Source of the DNA: Octopus vulgaris
Taxonomy: Eukaryota
DNA: 64,000 nt
Reading direction: 5' to 3'
Assembly (NCBI GenBank): GCA_951406725.2
Contig: OX597833.1
Location: 8,494,001 to 8,558,000, forward strand
Shown here: piece after piece, positions 52,503-64,000 of the stretch
Position numbering within the stretch: position 1 is the first letter of the stretch
How the letters are laid out: every line of letters starts with the position of its first letter
Notes under the pieces: generated by a model
What the model was told of the DNA's origin: nothing
Databases searched by the model: none
The model's input: only the letters and a program-made list of their open reading frames with translations
Translations under genes and position numbers: made by a program

Positions 52503-54587
52503 TATCATCATCATCATCGTTGTTGTTGTTTAACATCCGCTTTTCAAGCTGGCATAGGTTGGACAGCTTGACTGAGGACTGGCGAGCCAGAAGGCTGCAC
52601 CAGGCTCCAATCCGATCCGGCAAAGTTTCTACAGCTGGATGCCCTTCCTAACGCTACCCCACTCCAAGAGTGTAGTGGGTGCTTTTGTGTACCACTGGCA
52701 CAAGGGCCAGTTTGGTGGTACTGGCAACGACCACACTAAAAAGGTTTTTTACGTGCCACCTGCACAGGAGCCAGTCCGGCGGCACTGGCAATGACCACAC
52801 TAAAAAGGTTTTTTACGTGCCACCTGCACAGGAGCCAGTCTGGCGGCACTGGCAATGACCACACTAAAAAGGTTTTTACGTGCCACCTGCACAGGAGCCA
52901 GTCTGGCGGCACTGGCAATGACCACACTAAAAAGGTTTTTTACGTGCCACCTGCACAGGAGCCAGTCTGGCGGCGCTGGCAATGACCACACTAAAAGGTT
53001 TTTTATGTGCCACCTGCACAGGAGCCAGTCTGGCGGCACTGGCAATGACCACACTAAAAAGGTTTTTACGTGCCACCTGCACAGGAGCCAGTCTGGCGGC
53101 ACTGGCAATGACCACACTAAAAAGGTTTTTTACGTGCCACCTGCACAGGAGCCAGTCTGGCGGCACTGGCAATGACCACACTAAAAAGGTTTTTACGTGC
53201 CACCTGCACAGGAGCCAGTCTGGCGGCACTGGCAATGACCACACTAAAAAGGTTTTTTACGTGCCACCTGCACAGGAGCCAGTCCGGTGGCGCTGGCAAT
53301 GACCACACTAAAAAGGTTTTTTACGTGCCACCTGCACAGGAGCCAGTCCGGTGGCGCTGGCAATGACCACACTAAAAAGGTTTTTTACGTGCCACCTGCA
53401 CAGAAGCCAGTCTGGCGGCACTGGCAATGACCTCGCTCAAATTTTGTTTTTCATGTGCCAAAAAGGCAATGTTGGCAACAATCATTCTCAAATGATGCTT
53501 TTTAAATGCCACTGGCATGAGAGCCAATCAGGCAGTACTGTCATCGGCCACGTCAGCGATTTTGATTCCTCTTGCCTCAACAGGTCTTCGCAAGCAAAGT
53601 TTATTGTTCAATGAATGAGGGGTATTCATAAGTGGGTTGGTTATACACCACTGGCATTGGCCATGGTTTATGGTCTCACTTGGCTTGTCAGGTCTTCTGA
53701 TGCAAAGCATATCTCCAAAGGTCTCGGTCACTAGTCATTGCCTCAGTGAGGTCCAATGTTCGAAGGATGTACTTCACTACCTCATCTCAGGTCTTCCTGA
53801 GTCTACCTCTTCCACAGGTTCCCTCAACTGCTAGGGTGTGACACTTTTTCACACAGCTGTCCTCATCCATTCACAACACATGACCATAACAGCACGGTTG
53901 TCTCTCTTGCACACCACATCTGATGCTTCTTAGGTCCAAATTTTCTCTCAAGGTACTTACACTCTGACACTACACGTCCAGTGGAACATACTGGCTTCAT
54001 TCCTTGCAAGCTTATGCATGTCCTCAGCAGTCATGGCCCATGTTTCACTGCCATGTAGCATGGCAGTTCATACAAATGCGTCATACAATCTACCTTTTAC
54101 TCTGAGCAAGAAGGCCCTTTGTCACCAGCAGAGGTAGGAGCTCTCTAAACATTGCCCAGGCTATTCTTATTCAAGCAGCTACACTTTCAGAACATGTACT
54201 CCCGCTACTGACTTGGTCCTCTAGGTAACGGAAGCTATCAACTACTTCTAGTTTTTCCTCCTGGAATGTGACGGAAGCTGTTCTCTGCACATTTTCAGTG
54301 TTTATTGCTCCTGAGCATCTGCCACATACAAAAACTATCTTCCCAGTTAGCCTTCCTTTGATATTGCTGCACCTCTTATGTGTCCATAGCTTACACTGGG
54401 TACATCTTATGGAGTTTCTACCTATGCCTTTTCTACAGATCGAGCAGGGCCATCTACCTGAAGGGATTTGTGGTTTGTCTGCCTTCCTACTTATTAAGAC
54501 TTTGGTTTTAGCTAGGTTGACTCTAAGGCCCTTTGATTCTAATCCTTGTTTCCACACCTGAAACTTTTCCTTTAGTTCTGTTAGTGT
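52503..54587 (-). mobile_element. RTE-clade LINE, 5'-truncated, with an amplified tandem array in the 3' UTR
   Basis: WKQGLESKGLRVNLAKTKVL..WPCSICRKGIGRNSIRC..FRYLEDQV; same family as 25822-27252. Confidence 0.92.
52729..53428. repeat. 11 near-identical tandem copies of a 63/64-bp unit
   Basis: Unit GACCACACTAAAAAGGTTTTTTACGTGCCACCTGCACAGGAGCCAGTCTGGCGGCACTGGCAAT starts at 52729, 52793, 52857, 52920, 52984, 53047, 53110, 53174, 53237, 53301 and 53365. Confidence 0.97.
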
Positions 54588-54764
54588 ATGTATATATATA
54601 TAAAAGTGAGTTTTGAGGGATGTATTATCCGGGCAGATACCGTATTAGCCCTCAGTTAAGTTCCTGATAACTGCTAACCACTACGATCAGTATTTAACGT
54701 CTGTGACTATAATTTGTTGCTAGTCACTCCATGAATTCTTCTGATGGGTAATTCTGAGTATGCC

Positions 54765-55443
54765 TCATACACGACAGCGTGCAAGTGCTCTGAGAGAAAA
54801 AAGTTTGACATAAAAAGCATCAGGTGTGGTGTGCAAGAGAGATGACTGCGCTGGTATGGTCATGAGTTACATATGGATGAGGACAGCTGTGTAAAGAAGT
54901 GCTGATCTCTGACTGTGGAAGAGGTAGACCCAGGGAGACCTGGGATGAGGTAATGAAGAACGACCTTCAAATGTTGGGCCTCACTGAGGCAATGACAAGC
55001 AACCAAGACCTTTGGAGATATGCTTTGCTTGAGACAACCCGGCAAGCTAAGTGAGATCATAGCTATGGCCTATGCCAGTGTCGCATAACCAGCCTATTTA
55101 AGAGTTCCCTTCAACCGTCGGGCAAAGTGCTGACCTTGTGAAGACTTATTGAGTCAAGTAGAATTGCTGTCATGGCTGATGTCAGTACCACCTGACTGGC
55201 ACCATTCAAGCATGGTTGATGCCAGGGCTGCCTGACTGGCTCCCAGGCCAATGACATGTAAAAAGCACCCACTTCACTCTTGGAGTGATTGGCATTGGGA
55301 AGGGCGTCCAGCTGTAGAAACCTTGCTCGATCAGATTGGAGCCTGATGCAGCCATCTGGTTCGCCAGTCCTCAGTCAAACCATCCAACCCATGCCAGCAT
55401 GGAAAGCGGACGTTAAACAACGATGCTGATGATGATGATGATG
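54765..55443 (+). mobile_element. RTE LINE 3' fragment, inverted relative to 52503-54587
   Basis: LRWYGH..MDEDSCVKKC, family 3' UTR and (GAT)n tail. Confidence 0.85.
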
Positions 55444-58400
55444 AACATGTTTGCATGTATATGTGTAAGTATTTGGAGTCAGTTTCTGTGCAGATCTGCA
55501 TGTCTCGTTTTATGCATCTGTTCTCATAGATAGAGCTGCATGTCTAGATGTGTGCGAATACATACTTAAATGCTAGACATTTGTAAAGTTTTCCATGTTT
55601 TGACAGTTCCATTGATGATTTAGATCTGTAATCTTCAGATCAGTTTCTGGTCTTGAGGAACCTTATTTCTCAAGAGTGGTGCTCAAGCACTTTGTTACAT
55701 CTCCTACTGCCCCAATAAGGACGGATAAAATCTGAACTGGTCATCCTGAATAGAAATGCCGTAAATTTCCCAACAGCAAAAAGAGACCGATAGAATAAGT
55801 ACTGGGCTTACAAAGAATAAGTCCCGGGGTCGAGTTGCTCGACTAAAGGCGGTGCTCCAGCATGGCTGCAGTCAAATGACTGAAACAAGTAAAAGAGTAA
55901 AAAGAGTAAAAGAGCTGTTCTCTTTTTCACTGACCTTTAGCTTTCTGTTGATGTCCACTGCTGTACATAGTTTGTGTGTGTGTGCGTGTGTGTGTGTGTG
56001 TGTCTATAAGTATTTGTGTTTATATTATTTTTGTTCCCACCACTGCTTGAAAAGCCTTGTTGGTTTCTCTAAATCCTTATAGCTTAGCAGTTCAGAAAAG
56101 GGGATTGATAGAGTAAGTACTGAGGTCAATTTGTTTGACTAAGTTTCTTCAGGGCATTGCTCCAGCATGGCTACAGTCCAATGACTGAAACAAGTAAAAG
56201 ATAAAAGAGAACATTTGACAACAATGTCATTAGGGGTGGGCGTGGAGGAGGTGCAGCATAGACAAGGCCCTGAACATGGAAATATGTATTGCACATAAGT
56301 GCAGTGCATGTTGTAGCACATGTTGCACTCAGTATTGCACATAACTGCACCACATGCTGCACACAGAAGAGGCATGATGCTTAATCAAGGGTAACAGCCT
56401 GGACAGAGAAATTAAGTAATTAATCTATGGAAGACTAATTAAGCTTTTGTACAGTTCCACTCATCACTAAATGAAACAAAATATAAAAACGAAGCAGCAG
56501 AGGTCAATTAATTAAATTAACGATCAATTTTATATATGATGATAAAAAATATCACTTTCTAAAAAAAATTTCTGTGAAACGTTGAAATCAATAAACAATA
56601 AATGAAATCAAATTCACTGAGGACAACAGATTTGAGTGATGAGTGATCAAAAAAATTAAAAACAAATAATTTTATTGACAGGTTTTGATGGGGGGGGGGA
56701 ATGGTTATATTTAAAAACTTTACAAATAGTACCCCAACTAAGCTTCAAACATTTAAACACTGGAGCTGACTGTATGAACATCCCAATGCCAATTTGAAGC
56801 AACTTGGAGTCTGAAAGTACCAAGTATGGTACTGCAGCAGATTTGAAATCAAATCGCTGGATAACTGAATAAACATCACAGCCAAGCCACTGTTGTTTCA
56901 CATGGTCGGCCAATTAACCGGTCGATCATCTTGGAGCCATTGTGTGATTTGACTTTCTAGAACCTTCCCAATGAGCTCCATAAAAAGGTGGCTTTTGGTG
57001 GTAATTCCAGAATGTGGAACAACTGCTCATAAAATGTCGAGGTGACCACCTGATGTCTCCATTCCCATGGCAGTTTAGAAGACAGAGATTTTGTCATCAT
57101 GAATACAGAGCAATTATTTTCTAATTACGACGAGCCAGCCACAGATTGACATCTATCAGTGAGCTTGTTGTAGATTTCAGTAGTATGTCCTCCTGAAGTG
57201 TAATTGTTGCTGTTATTTTTCATCCGAAGACCAAAGCAGAAAACACGATGCACAGTAAATAAAAGCTTCTCTCAGTTGTTTGTTTGTGACTGTTAATCAT
57301 TTTACATGCAGCCCTCAAAAGACATTTTCGTTTTCCACAAACATCAAAGTATATAAACGACATCCAAACAACAGCACATTGATGAGATTAGAAACCAGAT
57401 TTTAGTCCAGATGACATCATTGTCAAATAACTACAGGATCTGAAAGGGTAAATCTTCATTTAATCAAGAAACTATGATAATGTAATACCTGTGCTTTTCT
57501 ATCTCTGTTATGCTTCATTGAACCTCTTAACACCTGGCGAAAAGCCTCCACCCCACCCACTTCCAGCATCCCTTCAACGAAGGGGACTTTTCTATTTTTG
57601 TCTTGCGAATTACTTGGCAGCCTCTCTAATAGTACCAATGCCATGAAAATAGCACTCAGTATGATTTATAAAGTGGTTGGCATGTTAGGAAGGGCATCTA
57701 GCTATAGAAGCAGTACCAAAATAGACATTGAACTTAGTCCTCTGGCACGTCAGATCCTGTTGGACCGTTCGACCGATGCCAGCCTGGAAGCCAGGCGTTA
57801 AGGGATGAGGCCAATGATGATGATGATGATGGCAGTATTGAAGCAGGTGATAATGTAGACATCCTAATTGTAGAGAAACATCGGGATCTGGAAGAAAATG
57901 TCTGAGATAAAGAAGAAATTATGGATTTCTATCAATTACTGATATCAAAGCAGTCATTTTACTTTAACTGGTTGAACCAACCGTAATCTCCCCCTTCCTC
58001 TGTCTGCCTTTCTCTCTCTCCCTCCTCCCTCTTCCTTTGTCTGCCTTTCTCTCTCTCACTCCTCTTCCTTTGTCTGCCTCTCACTCTCTTTCTCTATCCC
58101 CCTCCTCCCTCCAACCACGTGACCTCTACCAGCAGATTATTCTGTTATCAGCCAGAGATATTTTTCACTTTAAGCAGAAACTAGTTGAGAGTTAATGGTG
58201 ACTGTTATACAATCCAAATGAAATTGAATCTGACTCGAAATAAATAAATGAATAAACCCCTAATTATGGACACTTTGATTGGAAGACACCACCAGCAACA
58301 ATGTCACTGACCTCAATTAATATCCTCTGCTGCAGTTAAGGTGGAAGGTTGGCAGATCTGTCAGTATGCCAGGCATTGACATTCTGAGTTCAAATTCCAC

Positions 58401-59479
58401 TTGGGTCAACTTTGCCTTTCATCTGCTTGGGGTCAATGAAATAAGTACCAGTTGAGTGCTGGGGTTGATGTAATCAAATTACCCCCCCCCAAAAAAAATT
58501 GCTGGCCTTGTGACAAAAATTTGAAACTAATATTTACTGCAGTATTTTCCATCATCATTTAATGCCTCTTCCTGCCATTTCTGACTGATTTAATAGGGGT
58601 TGGTCACCCACAGAGCTGTGTCAGGCTCTCCTGTCTGTTTTGGCAAGGTTTTCCAGCTGGATACCCAGGGTGAATAGGCACTCCACCCTCTTCCACACAC
58701 TTTTGGGTTTTTTCAAAATTTCTTTGGAATCTTCTTTTTAACATCAAAGCTTTTTTAATTTCTTAACTTTCCCCCAACCACAAAAAAAAAAAAAGAATTA
58801 GCTTTCAACTCATTTTGAAATTCCATTCTTTCGGAGGAATTCCATGTTTTAAAATACTGAAATGATTATCTCGAAAAGAAAAACGTGTTTCAAAGTTTTA
58901 ATTTTCTTCAGCTGATTGCTTGCAATTAATTTCTACTTTTATTTTGTGGTCATAAAATGAAATGCCATTCCTTTATTGTTAGTCTTTGACTTATTTCAAG
59001 TCATAAGACTGAGGCCATGCTGGGGCATAACTTCCTGTGGTTTAGTCCACTAAATCAACTCTCAGTTGATTTGATCTGTCAGTCCTTTTTGGTGAACTGC
59101 TAAGTTACAGGGATATAAACACACCAACACCGGGTTAAGTGATGAGAAATAAACATAAACACAACAGACATGCACACACACACACACACACACAGACTCA
59201 CTGAAGCGAGAGATGAAGTCTGTTGATTGCTGCTGATGGAGACTGGAATTGGACAAGAATTTAAAGAAACAAAAGGAATGATTGAGTATTTACTGATGAA
59301 GAAAAGTAAAATATGATGACAAAACAGCAGCAGGACAAAATTGGCTGACGACGACAGTGCTGCCTTCAAATATGGTTACTCCAGCTGGGCCTGTCCCTCA
59401 CTTGAAGTCTTTTGCAGTAACAGCAGACCCAGTTCTTCCAACAAGTCCAAAACAAGGCTTTCCAGACATTGATCTCAAT

Positions 59480-59847
59480 GGAGGCGCAATGGCCCAGTGG
59501 TTAGGGCAGTGGACTCGCGGTTTTGATTCCCAGACTGGGCGTTGTGAGTGTTTATTGAGCGAAAACACCTAAAGCTCCACGAGGCTCCGGCAGGGGATGG
59601 TGGTGATCCCTGCTGTACTCTTTCACCACAACTTTCTCTCACTCTTACTTCCTGTTTCTGTTGTATCTGTATTTCAAAGGGCCGGCCTTGTCACTCTCTG
59701 TGTCACGCTGAATATCCCCAAGAACTACGTTAAGGGTACATGTGTCTGTGGAGTGCTCAGCCACTTGCACGTTAATTTCACGAGCAGGATGTTCCGTTGA
59801 TTCGGATCAACCGGAACCCTCATCGTCGTAACCGACGGAGTGCTTCC
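59480..59847 (+). mobile_element. tRNA-derived SINE family C
   Basis: ggaggcgcaatggcccagtggttagggcag...gattcccagac head; near-identical to 15957-16322(-). Confidence 0.88.
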
Positions 59848-61157
59848 ACCACCATTGTCTCACAAGATTTCAAGGATCTCCTTGCCTGAATGGTTCCTTC
59901 AGGCAAGAAGGAACCATTCTGTATTTTTATTGAAGATGTAGGACAACAGTTTTTAAAATGTTAAAACATGTTTGAGGGGTTATTTCTAGCAAATTAAATA
60001 ACCATACAGAGATTACCTCATTTGTTGATATGTATAAGTAAACAAAAACTAAAGGAAATGGATCTTCATCTGTTTCTAGGATGATCATTCCAGTTGTTTG
60101 ATCAACTGGACTGGTTACACATTTAGATTTCAAATTTTGACACAAGGCCAGCAACTTCAGTGGAGGGGTTAAATTGATTTCATTAGCCCCCCCCCCCCCA
60201 CTGTTCAACTGGTACTTATTTTATCAACCCTGAAAGGATGAAAGGCAAAGTCAACCTCGGTGGGATTTGAACTCAGAATGTAAGGCATTTTGTCCAGTGT
60301 TCTAATGATTCTGTCAGCTTGTAGTTGTATGGTTATGATTGGCTGAGTATACCACAGCACACATGTACCCACAACATAATCCATAAGTAGAATCAGTTCA
60401 ACTCAGTGTGATATGGCCCTTTAATTACAGGTCCAGGATCTCCCCCTCTCCTTTCACACCGTCATAAACCCACCCCTACACAATGTTCTTCATCACAACC
60501 TATCTTCCGAACAGCCCCTGTCCCCTATTTGTGTCTACCCACATTAACTCCCTTCCACCTCCCACTCTCCCTTTGTAATCTTGCAAACTTACCTGTCCTA
60601 TCCAATCAATCCTTGGTTCCACTTATATACACCATCCTCTAACTTGTCTATACAACCACCAACCCTGCCGTCATATTTTCTCCATTTTCTCTTTCCTGCT
60701 GAGGTAGCCATATATCTCCATTACTGCAAGACCCCTATTTCTATCCCTCTATCATAGTATAACTTCTCACCACCAGGCACAAAGCCACCTCCCTCCTTAC
60801 AACTCTCCACTCAGTGGAGGTGGGTGGGTCTTGTTTTGTAAGCTATTTGGCGACCTCACTTGTTGCTGGGACCACGTAAAAGGCACCCAATGCACTCTGT
60901 GAAATGGCGTTAGGAAGGGCATCCAGCCAGAGAAATCAAGCCGAAATACACAATGGAGCCTGGCGCAGTCCTCTGGAAGGAGGATGAAGTCAATGGTGAT
61001 GATGTTGATGAAACTTGAAGGATTGAGTCAAACAAATCGACTTCAGTGCGTATTTCCTCTTTTGCTGAACGGCGATGTTACGGGGATGTAAACAAACCGG
61101 CATTGGTTGTCGAGTACGATGGAGGTAAACACACTGACACACACACATATATATATG

Positions 61158-61205
<48 letters not shown>

Positions 61206-61260
61206 CATATTATATTATTTAATTACATATTATATTTGAAATTTTATACATATATTTCCT

Positions 61261-61716
61261 TGTCTATTTACATTTACTGTATATTTTGTATAATGCCTTT
61301 ACTGATATGTAATGGTGTAATAAAGTATTGTTTGGGTATCATCTGATAGTTGATGTTTTATTGATTTAAGTATGTTTCTCCATTTTCTAATTTTGTAGTA
61401 TATATATATATATATATAGATATATATTAATTCTCTGAAGAGGCCGTGAGACATCCTTGTTAATGTCTCATTTATACCTGCTTTATATGGCTAATAGGTT
61501 AAATGAGACATACTTGTCTTCACGGCCGAAACAGCTGTCAGATATGATGTAATTGTATTTTATATTTCTACTTCCATGTCTAGTTATATTTGCAATATAT
61601 TATGTATAATGTCATTGCTATTATGTAATGGTGTAATAAAGTATTGATTGGGTATTATCTGATGGTTGATGATTGATTGATTTAAGTATGTTTCTCCATT
61701 TTCTCTTTTTGTATTA
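61261..61716 (+). mobile_element. 316-bp-period direct-repeat element bracketing a hammerhead; retrozyme / Penelope pLTR-like
   Basis: 61261-61400 is repeated at 61577-61716 (offset 316). (TA)n tracts lie on both sides and between the repeats. Confidence 0.75.
61432..61542 (+). ncRNA. type-I hammerhead ribozyme motif with a greatly extended stem II
   Basis: TCT-CTGAAGA-GGCCGTG...(86-nt stem II)...CACGGCC-GAAA-CAGCTG-TC^AGA. Canonical core, G-C first pair of stem II, palindromic stem III ACAGCUGU, GUC cleavage after 61539. Confidence 0.82.
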
Positions 61717-64000
61717 TATATATATATAGAGAGAGATAGATAGAGAGAGAGAGAGAGAGAGAGCAGGGGGTAGGGAGGAGACAGACAGACTAGAAGCATT
61801 CTTGTCTCGGGGTCAGTAGCAAAGCAAGTTGGTGTGGGGGTCCCCGTCCCTTGCTGACGAAGAAAAATCTTTAAACTCGATTCGCTGGAGCCTAGCAAAA
61901 TGGAAGTGTCTGGAAATGAAGATGTGGCTAAGGATGGGGAAAGACGAGTGGTTTATTGGTTAAGTCTGCATTAGGAGAGATAATCCAACAAAGAAGACTG
62001 TTTGTGACCACAGCATGTGCCAGAAATAGCAACCGAATCCTTTCGAATGCACTTTTCTTCTCCAGAAAAAACCTGGTCTAAAAAAAACAAGAAAAGCCAC
62101 AGTAATTTCTGGACGGTGTAGGGATAATATAGAGCACGTGTAAAAGAAGTCCAGTGTCTATTTGTGCATGTGTCTAACGTGGGACAAATCTGGGCTAATG
62201 AGGGACAAATCTGGACTAAAAGGTAGAATAAGTGGCTGTTGTTAACCTATAAGGTAAAAAGAAATGTTGGAAAGGTGTCGGGGAAAAGCTGAAGAAAAAC
62301 TGAGAAGGCCTCGACAGACAGGAAGCATCTTTGTTTAGAGTTGTCTCCCCTTGTCCTCAACCACAACAACGACACATGGCCAGGTGCTCGCAAGCATTTC
62401 TCCGATTCTCTTTCACGTAAACAAGATTTTATTCAACTTCCTTTCCATTTTACGTAAAATATCTTACATTTACATATAATATAACTTCTTTTTATACCAA
62501 ATATAATACTCATATGAAATGTTGTACGTTAATATGCAATATAATATAAATTATAATACATGAAGATATAATATAGTACACGTATTTACGATATAATATA
62601 ATACAATATGTAACGAATTTCTCGGTCGTCTTCTTACTAATTGTCCATTTAACAGGTTCGACTATACAAGGTTTGTGCAGTTTAAACAATAATTTATATC
62701 TCAAACCATACTGTAACTACTTTCACCAAACACGCTGTCAAACTTGTCTGCACCTGACACGACATCAAACTCTCTTTTATACAATTATGTTTATTTGTGT
62801 GTATATATATATATATATATAATATGTATGTATATGTAGATATACACCCATTCTTACACTGCTAGAGTTTCTCCACTGATACTGCATCAACTTTCACTCC
62901 CTATACACCCAAATAATTTTGTCTTTTACAACGAACTGTTTTGTGTGTGTATGTATACAGACACTCATATAATTAAGTTTATATAGGATTTTGCATCCGT
63001 CTGAAACTCTCCTGTGTATATCTACTGATGTTAATGTTCTGTTTAGAACTGTTGTCTGAAATAACTCGCACCCATCCACCGTACCCCACTCAGTCCTGTT
63101 AAGGCTTGGTCTCTCACCAGACACTAATTCTGCTGTTGTTGACCAGTCTTCATCTGCAAACTCAGTTTCCAATAACGGAACTTCTGTACAATCTCTTGGC
63201 CTTCAAGAAATAGCAGCCAAGTCTCCATCAAATTACACTCAATGGGAAGAACACGGCATAATGTTACTCATGGTTGACTCGATCCCAACAAAAAGATAGG
63301 ATGGTCAGAGGTCTGTTTGATTATAGCTGACTAGACATGGCACTAATTAATTAGACGTAACGCTAATTAGATATGATACTAGACATAACAACACTAATGT
63401 ATAGAGCAAATAAAGAACTAATTAAATCCACTCTTATTTCTTGTGAAGTTTCATTATTTACTCCAGAGACTTTCCTAACATGACATACACTTAGAAAACT
63501 GAGATAGCATGGGAACAACCATGGTCACTATAATATGGACATGAAACGTTTTGACTGGACCGTCCCATCTTTTATTTAGAATAACAAAACAAAATGTTGT
63601 TTGAGGGAGATTTGTCTGCTGTTTCTAGCATGTTCAGGGCCCCATAGTAACCCCTTAATTCTAAACGGGAAATATTTGTTCTCTGTGTGGAGAAAAACCC
63701 TGAAAGTCCAAAGTGGACAAACCAACTCCGCTCCTTCTTCATCCACCCCAACCAAAAATGTATGTTTTTGTGTATTTGAAGTTGTTGGAAACTGGCAGAA
63801 TCATTACCATGGCAACCAAACATGCTCAGCAGCATTTTGCCTGTCTCTGTGTTCTGAGTTCAAATTCTGCCGAGATTGACTTTGTCTTTCATCCTTTTGC
63901 AGTTGATAAATTAAGTACCTGTCAAGTTCCGGGGGAGGGGGTCAATGTGATCGACTCCCCCCCCCCCAAATTTCAGGCCTTCTGCCCATAGTAGAAAGGA

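Noticed and set aside
52729-53428. CRISPR-like regular array
   Set aside because: Units are identical end to end with no unique spacers, no cas genes are present, and the context is a eukaryotic LINE 3' UTR.
56650-57420. Possible integrase/Ginger-like transposase remnant on the minus strand
   Set aside because: Only a vague resemblance with many stops; cannot be supported without a search.
62894-63183. 92-aa minus-strand ORF with a possible acceptor at 63184
   Set aside because: Weak polypyrimidine tract, no clear donor and no recognisable domain.
63803-63816. X-box-like ATTACCATGGCAAC
   Set aside because: Lies within a decayed SINE A head.

Overview
Eukaryotic, AT-rich, microsatellite- and retroelement-dense DNA. 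The SINE/LINE families and repeat density suggest a coleoid cephalopod, probably Octopus (inference). Only one protein-coding region is well supported: a ~3.2 kb minus-strand exon encoding a ZNF800-like C2H2/C2HC zinc-finger protein (3460-6645). The rest consists of 5'-truncated RTE-clade LINEs, HERO-like and CR1-like remnants, several tRNA-derived SINE families, hAT and mariner relics, mini- and microsatellites, and a few isolated minus-strand exon candidates. The most striking signal, invisible in the ORF track, is three unrelated type-I hammerhead ribozyme motifs (~40.2 kb +, ~44.7 kb -, ~61.5 kb +). Each has a palindromic stem III and lies in a small non-coding element next to a (TA)n tract. 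Two sit in 355-bp and 316-bp tandem-repeat units, which is retrozyme / Penelope pseudo-LTR architecture. One has an 86-nt stem II with two alternative folds, and another has a fold-back inversion whose junction falls in the ribozyme palindrome. Also notable are an 11-copy 63/64-bp array amplified inside a LINE 3' UTR and a nearby inverted LINE pair that could form dsRNA.
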